DNA of 64,000 nt from Chrysomallon squamiferum. Lineage: Eukaryota; Animalia; Mollusca. The notes under the pieces were generated by a model. It was not told the DNA's origin. It made no database searches and saw only the letters and a program-made list of their open reading frames with translations. The stretch lies in the NCBI GenBank assembly GCA_012295275.1, contig CM022674.1:5394001-5458000 (forward strand), given 5' to 3'. Shown here in pieces: positions 47,925 through 62,355 of this stretch (its first letter is position 1; every line of letters starts with the position of its first letter). The position numbers were made by a program, and so were the translations under genes.

Positions 47925-48599
47925 ACAAATCTTAATCATTAGAAAATCAAGTTGGTTTAGTGATCTTTCTTTCATCCATTTTTCCTTTCTTCTTCTTGTT
48001 CTTCTTTCTGTATTTATTTATTCATTTATTTATTCCTTCCATCTAGACGACAAAAAAGATTAAAAAGAGAACATTGCCACTGTTTTAAATTATGAATGAC
48101 GAAAACTGAATCCAATGAAAAACCCACGTCAGTGAAAATGTCTTTAACTTGGAAAGTGTTTTCAGAGTTTTGATTACAGATCTTGTTTCCTGGCAACCGT
48201 TTCATGTCATACAGCAGTGTAGATCGAAGCTTGCATATATTTATTTATTTATTTATTTACATATTTATTTTATTATTATTATTATTATCTGTTTGTTTGT
48301 TTGATTGTTTGGTTATTTATTGTTTGTTTATTGTTTTATCATCTTCTAATCTATTCTTCTATTTCTCTTTGCTCATCATTCTCTTTCTGTTCGTTTGTCT
48401 GTCTGTCTAAATCTATATATCTGTCAGTCTGTCTATAATTTATTTATGTAACATATGATCTTTAAATTCATCTATATCTATTTTTCTGTCTATTCGTCTG
48501 TCCTTTCCTCAATCAATCTGATACACATGTACGTTCAACTTTGTTTTCACTTGCCTGCTCAATAATTTCTCCTTATTATTCATTTTAATTCGATTAGAA

Positions 48600-49385
48600 T
48601 TACTTGTTCATGATGTGGTCGTACTCAGTACATAGGTTACCTCTGAAGCGTACGGTTATAAGTATATGTACATGGTTTGTCCTTACTTTGTATGTGTATA
48701 ATATATACATTATATTTCTCAGATAGTATGTATGTGTTTACAACCAGACATGATATATACATAACATAGGTTTTGTATTCTCTGTGTAGTCTCAATTACA
48801 AATATATGATATGATTAAGAAAATAACTGCTATGAACTCTGTTTCGTACATAACGGGTGACTCTTATTCATGAATACGTGGTTTGACTTCAGCAGGGTAC
48901 ATAACGTTGGTATAGCTATGAACGGTCAAATAATTAAACAAATGTACAATCATTCGGCCTTGTATTTTACATAGTCTTTCTTGTTATGAACGGTCGCGAT
49001 TACAAATACGTCATATGTTCTTACAGAATCCGTAGGGTCTGTTTTCCTATGTACGGTCACATTTAAAAAAACATGACACGATCTTACTAAGTACATAGGG
49101 TACCTGCTTGCTACATGTGGCCACAAGAATATGAATGCGCTGACATAGGACATCTTTCGCTATTTGCAGTCACAGTTACAAGAGGTGATGTGTCTTTGAA
49201 TGGTACGTAAGATCTCTTTTCGTATATGTGGTCACAATTACATACATATGAATGGTACGTAGGGTATCTCTTGTTAAGTGTGGTCACAGTTTATATTAAA
49301 TTCGTCGTGTGGCCTTGAAGAGTGCGCATGGTCTCTTCTGCTACGTACGGTCACAAATTACAAATAGATGATATGCTTATTAGAA
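48600..49385 (+). repeat. Ancient degenerate tandem array, ~50-68 bp period
   Basis: Recurrent core GCTATGTRYGGTCACAATTACA preceded by GTACRTAGGGT-like blocks. GGTCA-type cores at 48924, 48992, 49055, 49119, 49168, 49230, 49282 and 49349; weaker ones at 48654 and 48788. Confidence 0.8.
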
Positions 49386-49755
49386 CTTCCGTCTTGCGCT
49401 CTGTTTTCACGTATTCCACTTCGGGGCAAAGAAGAAATCGCTGGCGACGCGAGCGAGAGCGAGATCTGATAACCAGAGAGAAAATTGGTGCAAATCCTAT
49501 CACGGTCTGATCGGTAACTCACTCGGGATTCTCGGCTCAGATCGAACGATATCGTTGTTTTTCGGAAACAGCCGTTCAGCGTAAAACGTGACGTCCCCAT
49601 TTGCGTTTTCCCATGTTGACGAAATCAGATTTCTTTCGCTTTCTTCTTCTTCTTCTTCTCCTTCTCCTTCTCGTTCTTTTGATTTCTTCTTTCTTTCTTT
49701 CTTTCTTTCTTCTTCTTCTTCTTCTCCTCGTTCTTTTGATTTCTTCTTTCTTTCT

Positions 49756-49788
<33 letters not shown>

Positions 49789-50030
49789 TTCTTCGTCGTC
49801 TAATATTTTCATCGTTTATTTCAAATTTATTTACAAAATACAATATTGTTTACTATGAAAAATAATGTTCCAAATACAGTTAAATACAGTGAATATGGAT
49901 TTTTTTATTAATATTTTATTTCAGGTAATATATTCTCAGTGTATGTCAGTACACACAGAAAAACAAAACGTATCTATATACTAAACATATCTATTGATTT
50001 TTAAAATATCAGGAATTTTACCACATTCTC

Positions 50031-50163
<133 letters not shown>

Positions 50164-50630
50164 TCTCCCTCCCTCCCTCCCTCCCTCCCTCCCTCCCCCC
50201 TCTCTCTCTCTCTCTCTCTCTGCAGGGCGCCTGGAAACCTAATCAAATCATAACCGTAATTATTAACTCTGTGACTTCCGACTGATGTATTTCCGTGACT
50301 AACCAATAACCGTAAATCGTGCTGTGGCCGGTTATTATAAACGGACTCTGATTCATTCATCTGAAACAAGGCTGTGTTTGTGTCTGTGTTAGCTTCTCAT
50401 TTAAACCTTGCGCGACCTCCCAGTCTCAAATTAGGCAGAGTATGTATGATGTCCTCCTCGACTACCAATTTATCCACGGAGCAAGGGGGATTGCCAGCCG
50501 TGAGAAATAAAAATAAAGCCAAATTCAACGAGGGACGTGTTTTTATCAAAAACTGTTATTTACCGGGCTTGTTATTCACGCATTTGAGATACGAGCGACT
50601 CGATTAATGTATATGACATTACTGGGATGC

Positions 50631-50663
50631 GTGGATGGACGTGGGATCGAATCTAGCTGGTGG
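50631..50663 (+). mobile_element. B-box-containing SINE-like fragment, related to 63840-63873
   Basis: gtggatggacgtgggatcgaatctagctggtgg versus atggatggtagtggggtcgaatcctgcttggtga; both resemble a GGTTCGAATCC B-box. Another B-box-like gggttcgaatac lies at ~61467. Confidence 0.3.
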
Positions 50664-52429
50664 GAAAGATAATACTTGTACTACTTTAAAAATAACATAT
50701 ATGAAGGTTTGTGTAAAAGTATGTAGGTATGGATTATGTGTATATAGGGTGCTACGTCTGTGTATGTATTTGTAAATGAATGTATGCATTAGTGTATATC
50801 AAATATGTACGTTTAATGTATATATATATACACAATTACTTGTGTTTTGTGTATGGATGAATAGGGATATGTGTACTATAATTATTACATGGCTATCGAT
50901 CCTGGAGCCGTTAAAATAACGCTGTCCATACATTACCGCGATGTGAGTGAAATACCGTACATCGTGTGTATTCAGATAAACATCTAAATCACCATAGCCA
51001 GTGAATTGTAAGATTTTATCGTTTTAGTGTATTCAAAACGGGTCAGTGACGTAACTGTTACAGTTACCATGGCAGAGATGCCATCTGTAAGCGCTTAGGA
51101 TCGAAAATAACTTATTTCGACAGCCAGACATATAGTTAGACCATTAGAAGTATATATATGTGTGTGTATAATTTGAAAGCTAGAGAAAGAAAGAGATAGA
51201 CAGTTATATAAATAGATAGGTAGGTAAATAGAGAGATAGATAGATAGATTAATGGATGGATGAATTGGTGGATGGATAGACAGAAACGCTGAATGAGAGG
51301 GATAATTTATAGCAAAATAAAAAAAAAGGAAAGCATAAAATGAAGAGAAAAAGAGAAAAAAAAACCGAATATGTTCTAATAAAGAAAATTAAGAAGAAAA
51401 AAAAACGTAACAAGAAAAAAGGAAAGATTTTCTTTATATCTGAATTAAAAGAATTATTTGAAAGTTATTTTAGTAAAAATGGTAATGAAGAAGATAAATC
51501 GTGGATATCTTAAAATCGTTATTCACGTTCCGAACCTCTATTTTTATCTTATTCAGTTAATAAGATTTCTAAACAAAAAAAAAAAAAAAAAAATATTTTT
51601 CCTTTTAATCCTATAATCAATATTCAAGTGCTTCGTGTGATTTTTGTACTGAGTCGCATTAGGGCAGTACATTTTTCTCACTTTTAATCCTTAACATGTC
51701 AAAATCGGATCGAAATATAATTTGAAAGTTGCAATCGGAAGCTATTGCCCATTGTGACGTGATGATAGGTCAAATTTGCTTACGGACAAAAACGGAATTA
51801 AGTGTTGACGAATAAATAAATGCACGGACTCAAAAACGTTACCGAAACAAAAGGACATTAAAGACCAGTAGATTATGCGGGATTTACCTCAGCGTTGATG
51901 ACTTTTTTTTTTTTTTTTTTTTCTTCTGTCAAAAGCTGAAGACTGTATAATGGTTTTATCTACCTCAGTTCTTGAAGACCGGTTATTCGCGATTCGGGGA
52001 AGTAAATGACAGAATCCAGAATCAAAATGGCGAGACGACGCGAGTTAATTAATTATCTCCCTTTGATACAGTGATTGAAACACGACGTATAAATTCCTTT
52101 TCGAAGACGTTGTTATCTTTCGACGCGGTTAAACAGTCTGTTGTCGTGGAAACGAAGACGCGAGTCGTTCGTAAAAGAGATTTGTAATGGTTGTTATCGA
52201 CTAGATCGATTACGTATTAATTTTGTGTTCGTATCTACGGAAATTGCCGAACACACAAAACTGCGATTAGAACGTGGTGATAAATAAATTGTTTTTTACG
52301 GACAAAATAAATAGCTGATACGATGTGACGTTATGTCGGCTTTTCGTTTCAAGTAGTTTGTAGAATGTGTGTACACGATTTTTTTGCTTGAATGAAATAG
52401 TTGTGTATATTAAAGTGTATGAGAAAGAA

Positions 52430-52458
52430 GGGGGGGAGAGGGGGAGGGAGGGAGGGGG

Positions 52459-52489
<31 letters not shown>

Positions 52490-52508
52490 GGAGAGGGAGA
52501 GGGGAGAG

Positions 52509-52594
<86 letters not shown>

Positions 52595-52597
52595 GTG

Positions 52598-52635
<38 letters not shown>

Positions 52636-54087
52636 TGGCTGTGGTGAAACCAGTGATGACTGTAATGATTATGATGGTGATGGTATAAAAAGTAATGATC
52701 AACTATAATGGGTGATGATATCGATGATGATGGCAGTGGTGGTAATAACTATGATAATGTTCTGACGTCATTATTTACGATATTCGTGTAAATGTCATCA
52801 GGCGAAATGTATGCATCTGTGTTTGGAAATGTTGTTACCGTCTGTGGTGATAATAACAGCGATGTTGATGATGATGTCGTCTTGGTATTTGTTTTGCATT
52901 CATTTTCTTCAAATAAAAAAAAATCGAAAGAAAAAGAAATCATTATAGAAAAAAAAAAAAAAAAAAGAAAAAGGTTAGCAAAAGTGAAAAATATGAAAGA
53001 GAAAAAAAAACGCTTATAAATCATTATTAATTAACACAGAAAAAAAAGAAAATTAAAATTGATTGTAAAATGTCTTTTTAAATCACGGAACATTTGCAGA
53101 TAACAGCCAGTTACTCTGATTTTTTTTTTTGATTTTTTGATTTTATTATTATTATTTTTTTTTTTTTTGTTTAAGTGAAAACAGAAATAATTTGCTTTGA
53201 TAGAAATTATATGTTTTCAGGAGAAACATTGGTTTCCTTTCCAAAGCAGTCCAAGTCAATATTGTGGTAACGTTGATAAACACTGGCAGTATTCAGTAGT
53301 GATTATTATTATTTTATCAATTATATTCTTTTTAGTTCATTTCTTCTTTTTTATTTTGTTATCATTTCTTACATCCTTTCTTGATTGATTTTTTTTTTTT
53401 TTTTTTTCATTTTCATTTTGTTTCTTGATTATTCATTTTCATTTGCTTTCTTTCTTTGCATTCTTTTCTATTGTTCTTTCTTTCATCAAAAATTCATATT
53501 TCTTATCTTTCCTTACGATTTATTCACAACTAAGTCTTTCTTTATATATCTTTTTCATAAATTCATTATTTCTTTTCAGTAATTTTTGGGTTACATGAAG
53601 GAAAAAAGAAAAAGAAAACTTATTATTTAGGGAAATAAAATCTTTAAAAAAAAAAAAAAAAAAAAAAAAGGTTGAAGATAAAGCATAAACTCACTCCAAC
53701 TTTATTAAGATTCGTGTTAACCTAAACAGAGCCTCACAGATTTACACAAATGGACCCCCAAGGAAAGCGAGTCGGTAGTTAGATGACCTTCGTAATACGT
53801 TTCCATTATACGTTTGTCACTTACAGTGTCACACGAAATGCACCTGCCAACGGGCACCTTTTTTTTTTTTTTTTTTTGTCAAACCGTAGCAAACGACATT
53901 TTGCTGATAAATAACTGAATTGTATGTCTAAATGTCACGTGATGTTTTGAGTTAAACGCAAAAGAAAGGACAGTTGGAGAACTCTGGTTTTACAAGTACT
54001 GAAGAGTTACGTTAGAGAAAAAAAAAAAGAAATGACAGATACAGACAAATCATAGTCAGTCATGTAATTTGTGTATTTTTCAGTTCA

Positions 54088-54152
<65 letters not shown>

Positions 54153-56215
54153 CTGTTTCTCTCTATATATGTGTATATATGTCTGTATATATGCATGTAT
54201 GTATATATGTATGTATGTATGTCTTTATATATGCATGTATGTATTTGTTTTTATTTTATGTATATATGTATGTAACTATGTGTGTATGTATGTATGTATG
54301 TATGTATGTATGTATGTGTGTGTGTGTTTATATGTATGTATGAATGTATATGTATATATGACTGTATGTGTTTATGTGTACATGTACTGGTGTGTATGTG
54401 TATGTGTGTATGTGTGCTAGAGCAGTTTTATTCCTGGTTGTATGCATCTATCTTAATCCCGCCAAAAACATAATATAATTATACATCCCTAATGACTTTT
54501 TCTGTATTCACGTCTGAATTTTCGAAAGTTCAAATGCTATTATTCAGTGTTAAAAAAGAACAAAAATGATTCAATCATTAACTAAAGCGAGAAAAAAAAA
54601 AAAAAAAAAAAAATCGGTAGAAAAGAAAATTAAGATTAATTTATCCTGTTTTTGTCAGGAGTTTCATAACAATTCTTAAGCCCGCCTTTCAATTTTTTTT
54701 TTTTTTTTTTTTTTTTTCTCTTTCTTTCGTTCTTGTGTGGACGTTTTGTGGTCGTTCGATTAAGTTAATGGTTCTTCGCGATCTTCTCTCGGTCCTTTTC
54801 AACTGCTTCGCTTGTCTGTTCGTCTCTCCAGACATTAAATGGTACAGTTGCGTGACATTCTGGGCCATCATTTCGCAATCTGATTGGACAAATTGTTCCT
54901 TGTTCCTTTCAGACTTCATTGTGCTGAATATGTTTGCCGTCACTTTCGACCAAAAACGCGTCAGTCGAGCGAATTGAATCGTTTTGCGTTTCGGTGAAAA
55001 GCTGCATTCAGAGGCGAGCGGCGATCGTTAACCATCTTTTGTAATCCGTTTGTAAGACAGTACGTTCTCTGAAATGAACGTCGAAAACGTCACAGACGTC
55101 GTCGTTATTAATTTTTTTGTTTTGTTGTTGTTGTGTAGTCGACATTAATTGTGTCTGTCCCTTTATCTAACTAAACTGCCAGTATGTATATATATATAGC
55201 CATCCATTCGTTCATTCATCCATCCATTCATCCATCCATTCATTCATCCATCCATTCATCCATCCATTCATCCATTCCATTTATTCATTCATTCATCCAT
55301 TTTCATCCATCCTTTCATCCATTCATCCATCCTTTCACTTAATATATCCTGCTGTATGGCCTGATACCTAACGTTATCTGAAAGAATATACATTTGTCTA
55401 TATGTCTGTTTCTTTGTCTGTCTGTATGTGTGCATTCATATGTTCATCTACTTATTCCACTATCTTTTTTTAAAATACATATGTGCATCTGTCTACACGA
55501 GATATCTACATATAAAGTGCTTTGGTATTGCATTCTTTACCAATGTTCTTTTTTAATGTGTCTGTTTTTCTTGACACCTTGTCTACATGACTACGTTTTT
55601 CTTAGCGTTTATTTTCTTTGTCGTGTAATAAACTTTTTATTCTTACATGAGATTGTTAGCATGAGTATGAACGTCGTTGTCGTAGCGGCTGCATAACAAA
55701 CTGTTGACATCGTGGCGGCGAGCTAAATCCATTTGAGTCTATTATAAAGCGAAACAACGTAGTTACTGTTACTGGCAAATTCTGACGCTAGAGGGCCTGC
55801 TAGACATTTTTCTGTAATGTGCAGTTAAGAACGGAAGAAATAAAATTGAATCTGTTTTTTTCTGTTTTGTATACTTGAAGTTGGAATTGGTTGTTATCGG
55901 GATAAATTGACAGCCGAATAAATTTTTCCAATTTTAATTTTATAGTTATAACTTTAAAATTTAAACACACAAACACGCACACACACACGCACACACTACA
56001 AACGCAGACACACATATTACGAATATAGCTGGTGGTCGTTACATAATGTGCTTTCACATACATATACTCTAACACATAAGATATGCACACAAAAACATAA
56101 GTGCTCATATAAACATACACATACATAAACACACAAACATACATGCATATATATATACGAATACTTAGACGTATGTGTGTGCGTGTATGAGTGAGCGCTA
56201 CTGTATTTGTAATTG

Positions 56216-56248
<33 letters not shown>

Positions 56249-57230
56249 CTGTCTGTCTGTCTACAAGATATACTGATAAGATGTACAGGTATGTTAGTGA
56301 GTGTATGTATGAGCACAATCTAAAACAAGAAACGCAATATTTTTACACTATACTGTCTACAGTTGTATTAAGATATAAATAAACATATCCTTAATAATCA
56401 AGTCTGTCATATGCTTAATTTTAGTAGCAATTAAAACTTTTTCTGTTTTTTTATCAAAAAAAACCCAGTAGAAAATAAAATGAAAAAAAAAAATTAATAT
56501 AATAAACTATTGAAAACGAACAAACACGAATCTGAACAAGATTGATAAGGAGCATCCGTATTTCGTCCGTAAAACAAATATTTTTGAAACTATCACGAAT
56601 TCAGATAGTCAGAAAACAAGTTTGATTTTTAAACAAGACAGCGCCAAATATAGTTATTGATTAAACATCGCAGACACAGTTTTTTTCTAGTGTTTTGGGG
56701 TTGTTTTTTTCTCTTTTTTTTTTCTTTTTTCTGTAATATTTGGAAATTATTTGTCTACGACATGCTCGATGTTGAACGCAATAGGAGAACTAACAGATAA
56801 TGTCAAAACAACATGTGACAGATTTGACGTGTTTAAAACGAAAATGGACGAGCGAGGAGGATAAAAGAAGGAAAATAAGAAATGAAAAAAAAAGGAAAGA
56901 AAAAAAGAAGAAAGAAAGGGAAAAAATGAAAGACAGGAAAGAAAAAAGAAAGAAAGGGAAAAATGAAAGATGAAAGAAGGAAAGAAGAAATGAAAGAAAG
57001 GGAAAAATGAAAGGAAGGAAAAAAGAAATGAAAGAAGGGATGAAGGAAAGAGAATGAAAGATAGAAGCAATTAAAGCAATAGGATGAATGAGGGTTAAAA
57101 GAACGAAAAAAGGAAACAAGATATGACGGAAAAGAAGGAAAAAAGCAATTAAAGAATATAGGATGAATGAAGGATAAAAGAAAGAACAAAATAATAAAAG
57201 ATAGAAAGAAGAATAAAGAGACTGAAAACA
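52430..57230. repeat. Simple-repeat tracts: (GA)n 52430-52633, (CT)n/(TATG)n 54090-54416, (CATT/CCAT)n 55200-55335 and purine-rich GAAA tract 56870-57230, with unique islands between
   Basis: Direct reading. Confidence 0.9.
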
Positions 57231-57832
57231 CAGACGGACAGATTTTATAGAAAGTCAGAAGACAAACAAAAAAAAAAAATTAAAAATTAGAGCATGACAT
57301 TTTTTTTTTTTTTTCATTGATTTTATAGTTAATGATAAATAAAAGGATACAAAAAGACAAAAAAATAAATGAATTTTATGTTTAAGAGAAATAAAACGTC
57401 AGAAACAAAAAACTAGAAACAAAAGCCTGAACATAAACTAATGTTAACGTGACCGTTTTAAAAGATCCTGCGATGATGTACTTACAAAGATGAAAAGATT
57501 AAAAGAAATAAAAATAATAATAATAATAATACGTGACTTCAGAAGAACGATCGATCGATGAAAGAAGACAAAGGGAAAAAAGATAAATAAAAGGAAACAC
57601 GAAAGAAAGAAATTCAGACAAACGAGAAAGAAAAAAGCAAAAAAAAAAAAAAAAAAAAATAAAAAATAAAAAGGAAAGGGAAGAGACAATTTTTGAAACG
57701 ATGAACATTAAAAGGAGACAAATGTATAGATATATATACATGTGTGTCTCTATGTGTGAGTGTTTTATTGTCTCTCTCTGTGTTTGTGTCTCTGTTTCTC
57801 TGTGTGAGTGTGTGTGTCTCTCGGTTTGTGTG

Positions 57833-57869
<37 letters not shown>

Positions 57870-58506
57870 TGTTGAGATATAGGTATGTCTCGATATATGT
57901 ATGTTTCTGTTTATGTGTGTGCGTGTGTTGTGTATGGTGGCAGAGAGAGAGAAAGAGAACAGGAAAGAACGGAGGAATGAAAAAGAAAAGAAAAAGAACA
58001 AAATAACTGAGAGGGTAAAGACACACAAAGAAAGAAAGAAATATACGAAAAGCTGAAATGATCACCCAAGTGCAAATCCTCAGACTTGTTTTCAAATGAT
58101 AAAAATCATTTGATCTGAAAAGACGTCAATCATCAAACAAGAGATAGAAAAAAAAAAAAAAAAGAAACAAAAAAAAAAAAAAAAAGAATCAGATGTTTGA
58201 GATAAATAATTTCAGTTTAATGGATAAAACCATGAACAAGATCAAGGGGACAGAATAGAAGAAGGGGAAAAAGAAGAATTAAAAGCTGTTCAGTTTCAAA
58301 CATCAAACCAAAGTAATTGGTTTCAAAGAAATGTGGAAATTTTTAATGAAACTAAGCATGATATTTGCAAACTGTTTAAGTGGATTATGCTTTTCTTTTG
58401 AGAAAAATAAGATTAACATCAGTACGTATTTTTTTAATTATTATTATTTTTTTATTTGTTAAGAAATAGACGTCATCTTTTAATATAACGTGTATTTCTT
58501 CCATTA

Positions 58507-58543
<37 letters not shown>

Positions 58544-59350
58544 TCTTTTCTGTTATATATATATATATTTTTTAAATCTTTGTTTATGTGTTTCATGTGT
58601 GTAACGTTGATGACGACAATTTCTTCTTCTTTTTTTTTTCTTTTCGTTTTTTTTTTTTTTTGTACGTTTTCGTTCCGAAGAAAACTGATGTCATAATCAC
58701 GTGACTTGTACGTCATACGTGATCGGCCTCTCTATGTTTATGACTCACATGGCAGCACTTAGTGCACCAGAATATGGTTTTATTGTCGCCAGAGTTCGCA
58801 AATGGAGTGATTGTATGAGTTTCGCAATTACTCCATCTGACAGCTGCCATGTGCCGCGCGCTACACAAGCCATATTTATGGAGCATCGCTCTTAATTCCG
58901 TTATAGTACATTACACCCTAAACTGCAGCGGCTCCGCATTCATTCGTGTTTCGTCGAAATACAAAAAAAAAAAAAAAAAAAAATTAAAAAAAAAAAAGAA
59001 AGAAAGAAAATATGTCAACCATTATTATGATCTAATGCTCCGGCCGAGGTCCGCTGGGGTCACGTGACCCTGCGAGTAATATAATATGCCGTTAGGATAA
59101 ATGAGTTCGGCCTTTTGTCTGACTGATGGGCGCAGGGGTTAAGGAAATATCGCGGGTTTTTGTGCTGTTGATGTATGGCTTTTTCGAGCTCTCTTGTAAC
59201 CGTATTATTGGCCAAAGCCGTTGCCATTTCGCTGACTTACTCGGTGAATGGACTGCAGGAGTTGCACAAGTTGGTTCGCTCGTAGTAAACACGGAGACAG
59301 GAGTTTATTTATAGACGACACTCGAGATTCTTGGGGTTTCTTCTTCTTCT

Positions 59351-59435
<85 letters not shown>

Positions 59436-60436
59436 CTTTTTCTGCCATCACCGATGTCATTATTTTTTTTTTTTTTACTAATTCTTTCCGAATATAAACA
59501 TCTTCAGTATTCCTTTTTTCTTTCTTTCTTTCCTTCTTACTTTCAGCTGTTTCTCAACCTTCCCGTTCTCTGTATTATTAACTATTTTATTAAAATGAAA
59601 CAGTTTCATTTGATTCTGGACAAATAACGTTTATCACACCATGCACTTTTTGACAGTGGCTCATTCAAGCAATTTCGCGACTAGGGTCAGTATACAGTTT
59701 ATGAAAAATTGTAGCCACTAACTCACGACCATTTTGAATTCGCGAAACAAAACTGCTAGCCGACACCATACTCGTGTGAAAAAACATGCAGGACGCATTT
59801 AAACTGGGAATTTTTTCCAAAAGAATCCTTGACCGCGTTTCCCACTTAATATTTCAAACCGTCATTTAAAATTTCCCTTGGGTCTGTCTTCTTATAAAAA
59901 CTGCGAGTCGTCAGAAACAACGTGACCTTAAACGCAACGTTTGAATTAACCCTTTATAACGAGCTTGGCAATGAGGCAATAATTAATTTAACTCTTTTTA
60001 AGCTCGTTTTTGTTTTTTTGTTTTTTTTTGGTAGATGTAACGGTCAGATGCACAAACGAATGGTTTAAACGTTACCAATCTCGACTGATACATCCCCACA
60101 TAATTAAATTTCACCTTTTTTTTTTTTTTTTTTTTTTTTTTGTGGTCACATCTGCCATTAATCCAACAACACAGTTCTAAAATGATTAACCCCTTTAAAC
60201 TCGTCTAATAGATAATGAAGAGATACTACCTGGTGTCCAGCAGCATTTTGAAAAAAACAGCCGATATATGTCGACAATACACACATAAATACATTAACCC
60301 ATTTTGATCGCATCTGCTCGTAAGCAGATATTGCGGGACTGAATTAATTAACTCTTTGAACAACACCTGCCAATGAGCAGCGTAAAATATAAGTAATTAG
60401 TATTTCCAAACACACCTGTAAATAATAAATTATCTA

Positions 60437-60469
<33 letters not shown>

Positions 60470-60961
60470 ATGTTGGTATGATTGACGGATAAACAAATGG
60501 AACATTCAGTGACACAGATACGTAAATTATGCAAATTATATGCTGTAAAGAATTTCTGGTGTTTTGTTATTCATAAAAAAAAAAGTCTAAGAGTCTCCAT
60601 ACTTGATTTCCAGTTCTAACCGGTCTAGAAGGAACATGAGGATGTAGTATTTGAAATATTAATATCGCTGCTGGTGTACGTTTACGCTTTATTATAGCAA
60701 AACTATTGCATTAATTTTTCCAGTACTTCTGTTGTTAATCGACAACGGCAAAGTCCACATAACAATGACAACGTCAACTAGTGTGACACAAAGAAGAAAA
60801 AACAATAATAATAATAACAACAACAACAACAACGACAAGTATAATTGAATATTCAAATATACAAACATTATTCTGATAGAACTTTAAATATCTGCAGCAA
60901 CCACAACACCACCATCATCACCACCACCATTATCACAATTACTACCACTACTGCTGCTGCA

Positions 60962-61010
<49 letters not shown>

Positions 61011-61918
61011 ACTACTGTTCGTATTATTATTATTGTTGTTGTTATTGTTATTACCACTACTACTACTGCTATCATCATCATCATCATCATCATTATTTTT
61101 ATCTTCATCTTCATCATCATCATTATTATTATTATTATTTTCGGGTACGGAATCATTAATGATTACTACATAAGCAGAATATAATAATCTGAAGAGTGAG
61201 AATCACAGTTGTATTTTGTTTTCTAAGATGCAGTTGTTTGTTGTGAATCCGAATCATCGGCGAACAATCAAGGTTTTCTAAACAACGATTTCATTTAGTT
61301 TCCCTCTTGCTTGTTTCGGTGATGTGTGCCTTGCTGAATATCCATACCTCGACTCATTAGCATCCCATGAATATTTAAAACTCTAAATTTGTACTACTGC
61401 AGTCTGCGTTAGTTTTATCGTGTTAACGATTGTTTGGTGGGGAGCCGATATAAAGTAGAGGACTTCGGGTTCGAATACTGGGAGAGGAGAAAAAAAAAAG
61501 TTAAATTACGTTATTTATACGAAGATCTATTTTTTAACTGTTAATTTATTATCATTACTACTACTACTACTATTATTACTATTTTTATTATTATTATTAC
61601 TGAGAGAGAAAAAATATAGAGAAATACAGAGAGACATGCAGACAGATAGAGAGAGAGAGAGAGAGAGGGAGAGGGAGAGGGAGAGGGAGAGGGAGAGGGA
61701 GAGGGAGGGAGGGAGGGAGAGGGGCTAACACTCATTATTACAACCATGAACATTTTGAGATGGTATAGGTCTTTGACATTTCACCGGATTTGTTATTTGT
61801 TATTCAGGAAGTTGCCCTGTAGATAGATAACCGTTGAGAAGATAAGTAAAATGGGATTTGAATGGTCGAGTGGACAGACACACACGTAATACTCAGTCGT
61901 GGGTGTTTTCGTAGTGGT

Positions 61919-62355
61919 AACTAATTAAGGTTTCACCGCATTTTCTCCTGTTACGTGATCAGACATATATAGTGAGCAGACATTTTAACAGTAGGTAATT
62001 AACTGGCATAACACCGGCTTTAAACACGTTTCCTTTCTTGTACTGTATCAGACATTATATCACAAGCTAGTTATACGGTTCATCACCGGCTTAATATCAG
62101 AGTCCAGTTTTATTCTAGACCAGACAATTTAATACTTGGAAACTAATTGACGTTTCACCGGTATATTTTAAAAGATGGTATTACAATAGCACAGAAGCTA
62201 ATTGGGACTTACACCGGTTTCCATGGTATTCTCTAGGACAAATTACAATCGAAGAAAAACTAACTGATGTTTCGCCTGTTTAATCCAAGACAGTAGTATT
62301 AAAAAGAAACAGACATTATAATATCAAGTAACTAATTGGTATTACACCGGTTTCG
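61919..62355 (+). repeat. Ancient degenerate tandem array, ~72-bp period, 7 units
   Basis: Head ARCTAATTGRYNTTWCACCGGYTT with CACCG cores at 61934, 62012, 62084, 62156, 62212, 62273 (cgcctg) and 62345. CAGACA blocks at 61977, 62049, 62121 and 62310. Outlier core at 61782. Confidence 0.85.

Noticed and set aside
61815-61835. ccctgtagat resembling the miR-10 family
   Set aside because: The match ends after ~10 nt, the 5' bases differ and no precursor hairpin is evident. I recognised no conserved miRNA in the window.
61919-62355. LRR or C2H2 zinc-finger pseudogene reading of the 72-bp array
   Set aside because: Conserved in-frame stops, wrong residue spacing for LxxLxLxxN, and the period is not the 84 bp expected for C2H2 fingers.
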